This document shows positions 29,389 through 32,000 of a DNA stretch of 32,000 nucleotides, in pieces. Source of the stretch: Desulfobulbus propionicus DSM 2032. Lineage in GTDB: Bacteria; Desulfobacterota; Desulfobulbia; Desulfobulbales; Desulfobulbaceae. Positions within the stretch are counted from its first letter, which is position 1. Each line of letters begins with the position of its first letter. The notes beneath the pieces are model-generated. The model was not told the origin of the DNA. It worked only from the letters and a program-made list of their open reading frames with translations, and searched no databases. The stretch spans positions 3,720,001-3,752,000 of the forward strand of contig NC_014972.1 in assembly GCF_000186885.1 (NCBI RefSeq), written 5' to 3'. Both the position numbers and the translations under genes were made by a program.

Positions 29389-30555
29389 TCAGGTCCGATA
29401 ACCGAAAAAGTAGTACAGCAGAACGCCGCACCAGGCGCGGGTAAACTCGGTTTTGCCGTTGTCGTTCCAGAAATTGGCCATGATATCGGTTTCATAACCC
29501 GGTAGATCGATACTGCCGAGCGAGGGCACGTCGATATACTTGTCGTCCAGCCCCATCATGTGCCCCACTTCGTGGGCAACCACCAGCGGGGCGGCATCCG
29601 CGGCCCAGCGGCCCGTGCTCCAAGGATCGCGTCCCCAGCCGGAATATTGGACAACAGAACGAAATCCATTCTGTTCGACAAAGACCGCATTGGATTCAGG
29701 CACCATGGCCTGCATGAGTCGGCTGTCGGCAAAAAGCGGATAGGCCTTGGCCGTGACGTGGATCTTGGCGTCGATGGTCATCCCTTTGAGTTTCAGCTGC
29801 CGGTTCCACTGCTTTTCGATATCGCTCGCCCATTTCGAAGCCAGGGTGGCACTGGATCGGGAACCATACAGGCCGAGACTGAAATACAGGTCAATCCCGC
29901 TTTTTTTCACGGTGATCCGATCGATCTTCCGTTTGAGCTCCTCCCGTCCCTGTTCCTGCTGCACCACATGCGCCAGTTCATGCGCCAGCAACCGCCGCCC
30001 TTCCTGGGAATGGGGACGGTATTCCCCCGCGCCGAAATAGACCTCGCCGCCGGTGGTGAAGGCCCGGGCCGAAAGACCGGCCGCCAACCGCGCCGCCGCG
30101 TCATCGGTATGGACGCGTACCCGGCTCAGGTCGGTACCGAGTCGAGGTTCGAAAAAGGCCCGTTCGCGGCCGGGCAGCGGATGACCGCCACCGCGACCAA
30201 GCGCGAGGGGCTGGCCATCGGCAGAGGTGGCCGTTGTTCCCGGCACGGCCTTGCGGCGCACCTCTTCCTCCTGGTCGTTTTCCGCCCCGGGCCGCTGCCG
30301 CTCTTCCTCGTCGATCGGCACCGTGTCCGCCGCCTTGCGTTGGATCGGTCCATCGTGCATGGCCAGCACCCGGTCGGCAACGCTATCGGCCTCGTGCTCC
30401 AGGTGGTCATCGGTGGAACCGATGCGCAACTTGGTCTGCACCGGACTCTCGAGGGCCTCGCGCAGACTGGTGCGGTTGACCTCGATTCGGGTCGGCCGGA
30501 TAACCGCCAGACGGCGGGCTCGGTGCTGCCTGCGGATATGCTGGAAGGATTTCAT
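29389..30555 (-). CDS. 388-aa DUF4157 protein with a second, metzincin-like zinc-peptidase domain; putative toxin/effector
   Basis: DUF4157 signature: HPLPGRERAFFEPRLGTDLSRVRVHTD...AFTTGGEVYFGAGEY...GRRLLAHELAHVVQQ (HELAH at nt 29968-29982). C-terminal VVAHEVGHMMGLDD (nt 29542-29574), then TDIMA 25 aa later. AGAGGAGG RBS. Confidence 0.8.
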   Translation of the reverse strand: MKSFQHIRRQHRARRLAVIRPTRIEVNRTSLREALESPVQTKLRIGSTDDHLEHEADSVADRVLAMHDGPIQRKAADTVPIDEEERQRPGAENDQEEEVRRKAVPGTTATSADGQPLALGRGGGHPLPGRERAFFEPRLGTDLSRVRVHTDDAAARLAAGLSARAFTTGGEVYFGAGEYRPHSQEGRRLLAHELAHVVQQEQGREELKRKIDRITVKKSGIDLYFSLGLYGSRSSATLASKWASDIEKQWNRQLKLKGMTIDAKIHVTAKAYPLFADSRLMQAMVPESNAVFVEQNGFRSVVQYSGWGRDPWSTGRWAADAAPLVVAHEVGHMMGLDDKYIDVPSLGSIDLPGYETDIMANFWNDNGKTEFTRAWCGVLLYYFFGYRT

Positions 30556-30591
30556 GGCGACCTCCTCTTTATCCTAATGAATCGTGCACGG

Positions 30592-32000
30592 TCAAAACGG
30601 TAGCGGCACCAGCTCGATCAGCACGTTGCCGGTCGAGGCCAACCGATTATGTCTCACCGTGCTGGCAAGCACATCATTGCTGGTGTAATTCTCAAGCAGA
30701 TTGCCCGTGAAGGTGGCCCGGTCGCCGATGACCGATCCCATCCAGTCGGCATCCAAGGCGGCGCGAAACCAGGTATTGCCCTGACCGATAAAGACGGCCG
30801 CCACCACCGTGGTGCCATACCCGCTAAAGCTGTTGCCGGTCAGCATCAGCCGGGCGTAACCGTTCACCCGCTGGTTGAGCACCCGGTTGGTGCCCACCGA
30901 GCCTGGCGGCAGATTGGCCTTGATCGCCGTGATCCGGTTGTGGTCGATGTGCAGGTCCTCGCCGCCGCTGAGGACCGCGTTGCCCTCCAGGGAGAAGTTG
31001 ACCACCCCCGCGTCGGGGTTGCGGTAGCCGGACACGCCGTTGGCGAGCAGCAGCCAGCCGTCGATCTCGCTCCCGGCCAGCACGCCGCCAACCTTGGCGC
31101 TTTCCAGGCGCAGGGCATAGTCGGGCTCGTAGCTGATCCAGTTGGCGACCAGATCCTCAATGGCCGCCACCGCCTCGTTGACGGTGATGCTATCGGCGGC
31201 CAGGACCTCGGACATGGTGGCGGTCGTCGGCTTGGGCGCCCGCATGGCTACCGCCTTGGGTGAGGCCACCTGCTCGAGCTTGGTCCGCCAGGTGGTGCGG
31301 ATATCCTTGGGCAGGACGATGATCTGCTTCGCTACCTTGACCAGGGCCTCGTCAAAGGCGACCTTGTTGTCCAGCAGTTCCTCCTTGCTCAGACCAAGCA
31401 GGGCCTCGCTGATGACGTTGTTGCCCACCACCTCGACCCCGACCCACTCATTCCCACTTGACGAGACAACCTTCCGCTGAGCATAGAGCTGATTATTTTG
31501 CCAATCGAGACGGCAGACCGTGTTGCCCCGACCGCCGAGACTGATCATCGCCGGGCCGTTCGCCGTGGTGCTGGTGCGGGCGATACGGCAACCGGTGGTG
31601 CGGGAGAGGGCGGCCCGGATCGCCAACTGCCCGGCACGTTTGGCGAAGTCGAGCGTCAGGTTCTCCAGGATCACCTCATCGGCCTCGATACGCCAGGTGT
31701 CGCCGCCAAACAGAATGGTCACCGATTCAGGTCCCTGACCGCTGATCCGCAGGCTGCGCTTATCGGTGATCGCCGGCAGATCGCCCAACGCGTAGACGCC
31801 GCCCCGAAGGCAGAGCCACAGATCACTGGCGGTGGATTGGGCAAATTCCTCCAGCAGCACCGCCAGATGACCGGGGGAGGTCACCATGACCGCGCAGCCG
31901 CCGGCCGCCTTGTCGCACAACACCTTGAGCGCATCCTGGACCGTGACCACCGATTCGGGCAGCAGATCGCTGCACAGGCCGATGTCGCCCTTGTCGAGCG
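30592..32000 (-). CDS. Hypothetical protein with parallel-beta-helix-like GN repeats; 5' end probably beyond the window
   Basis: The track starts at a GTG (31950), but the frame stays open to nt 31998 (LDKGDIGLCSDLLPES precedes it). A recurrent [LF/V]xGNx[VLF] motif appears at least 6 times: GRGNTVC, VVGNNVI, LEGNAVL, LTGNSFS, FTGNLLE and STGNVLI. It lies 36 nt upstream of the DUF4157 gene on the same strand. Confidence 0.6.
   Translation of the reverse strand, partial: LDKGDIGLCSDLLPESVVTVQDALKVLCDKAAGGCAVMVTSPGHLAVLLEEFAQSTASDLWLCLRGGVYALGDLPAITDKRSLRISGQGPESVTILFGGDTWRIEADEVILENLTLDFAKRAGQLAIRAALSRTTGCRIARTSTTANGPAMISLGGRGNTVCRLDWQNNQLYAQRKVVSSSGNEWVGVEVVGNNVISEALLGLSKEELLDNKVAFDEALVKVAKQIIVLPKDIRTTWRTKLEQVASPKAVAMRAPKPTTATMSEVLAADSITVNEAVAAIEDLVANWISYEPDYALRLESAKVGGVLAGSEIDGWLLLANGVSGYRNPDAGVVNFSLEGNAVLSGGEDLHIDHNRITAIKANLPPGSVGTNRVLNQRVNGYARLMLTGNSFSGYGTTVVAAVFIGQGNTWFRAALDADWMGSVIGDRATFTGNLLENYTSNDVLASTVRHNRLASTGNVLIELVPLPF

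Noticed and set aside
25247-32000. The toxin-like region considered as a recently acquired genomic island
   Set aside because: I saw no obvious GC shift relative to flanking housekeeping genes. There is no tRNA, integrase, IS element or direct repeat at the 25.2-kb boundary. The other boundary is outside the window, so island status cannot be supported.

Overview
High-GC (~65%) bacterial chromosome segment. The sulfide-dependent COG1900/NIL-ferredoxin homocysteine genes, GTP-PEPCK and LarC suggest an anaerobic Desulfobacterota-like organism, but this is a weak inference. Nt 1-25165 is densely packed housekeeping: mnmA (5' partial), mtaB, cinA, recA, a COG1900/NIL-ferredoxin/UPF0280 cluster, acnA, a DUF4080 radical-SAM gene, a MATE pump, metF, a small J-domain gene coupled to plsY, a ykgJ-like gene, def-fmt-larC-pgpA, pckG, pyk, a hotdog thioesterase and radA. 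I saw no tRNA, rRNA, CRISPR array, IS element or integrase. The unusual part is nt 25247-32000 on the minus strand: a tightly coupled operon that enters from beyond the window edge. It encodes a beta-helix-like protein with an open 5' end, then a 388-aa protein with a DUF4157 HExxH module plus a second metzincin-like HExxHxxGxxD/Met-turn domain. Last is a 1374-aa protein with a DUF4157 module, about 900 aa of Trp-periodic helical/hydrophobic sequence, an HNH/EndoVII-like nuclease signature and a ComEA-like helix-hairpin-helix tail. No immunity-sized ORF follows. DUF4157 is known to be associated with extracellular contractile injection systems (eCIS) and polymorphic toxins, so I read this as a candidate toxin-cargo module. 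Its delivery machinery, if any, would lie beyond nt 32000. All family calls rest on motifs read by eye in the supplied translations; no database search was possible.
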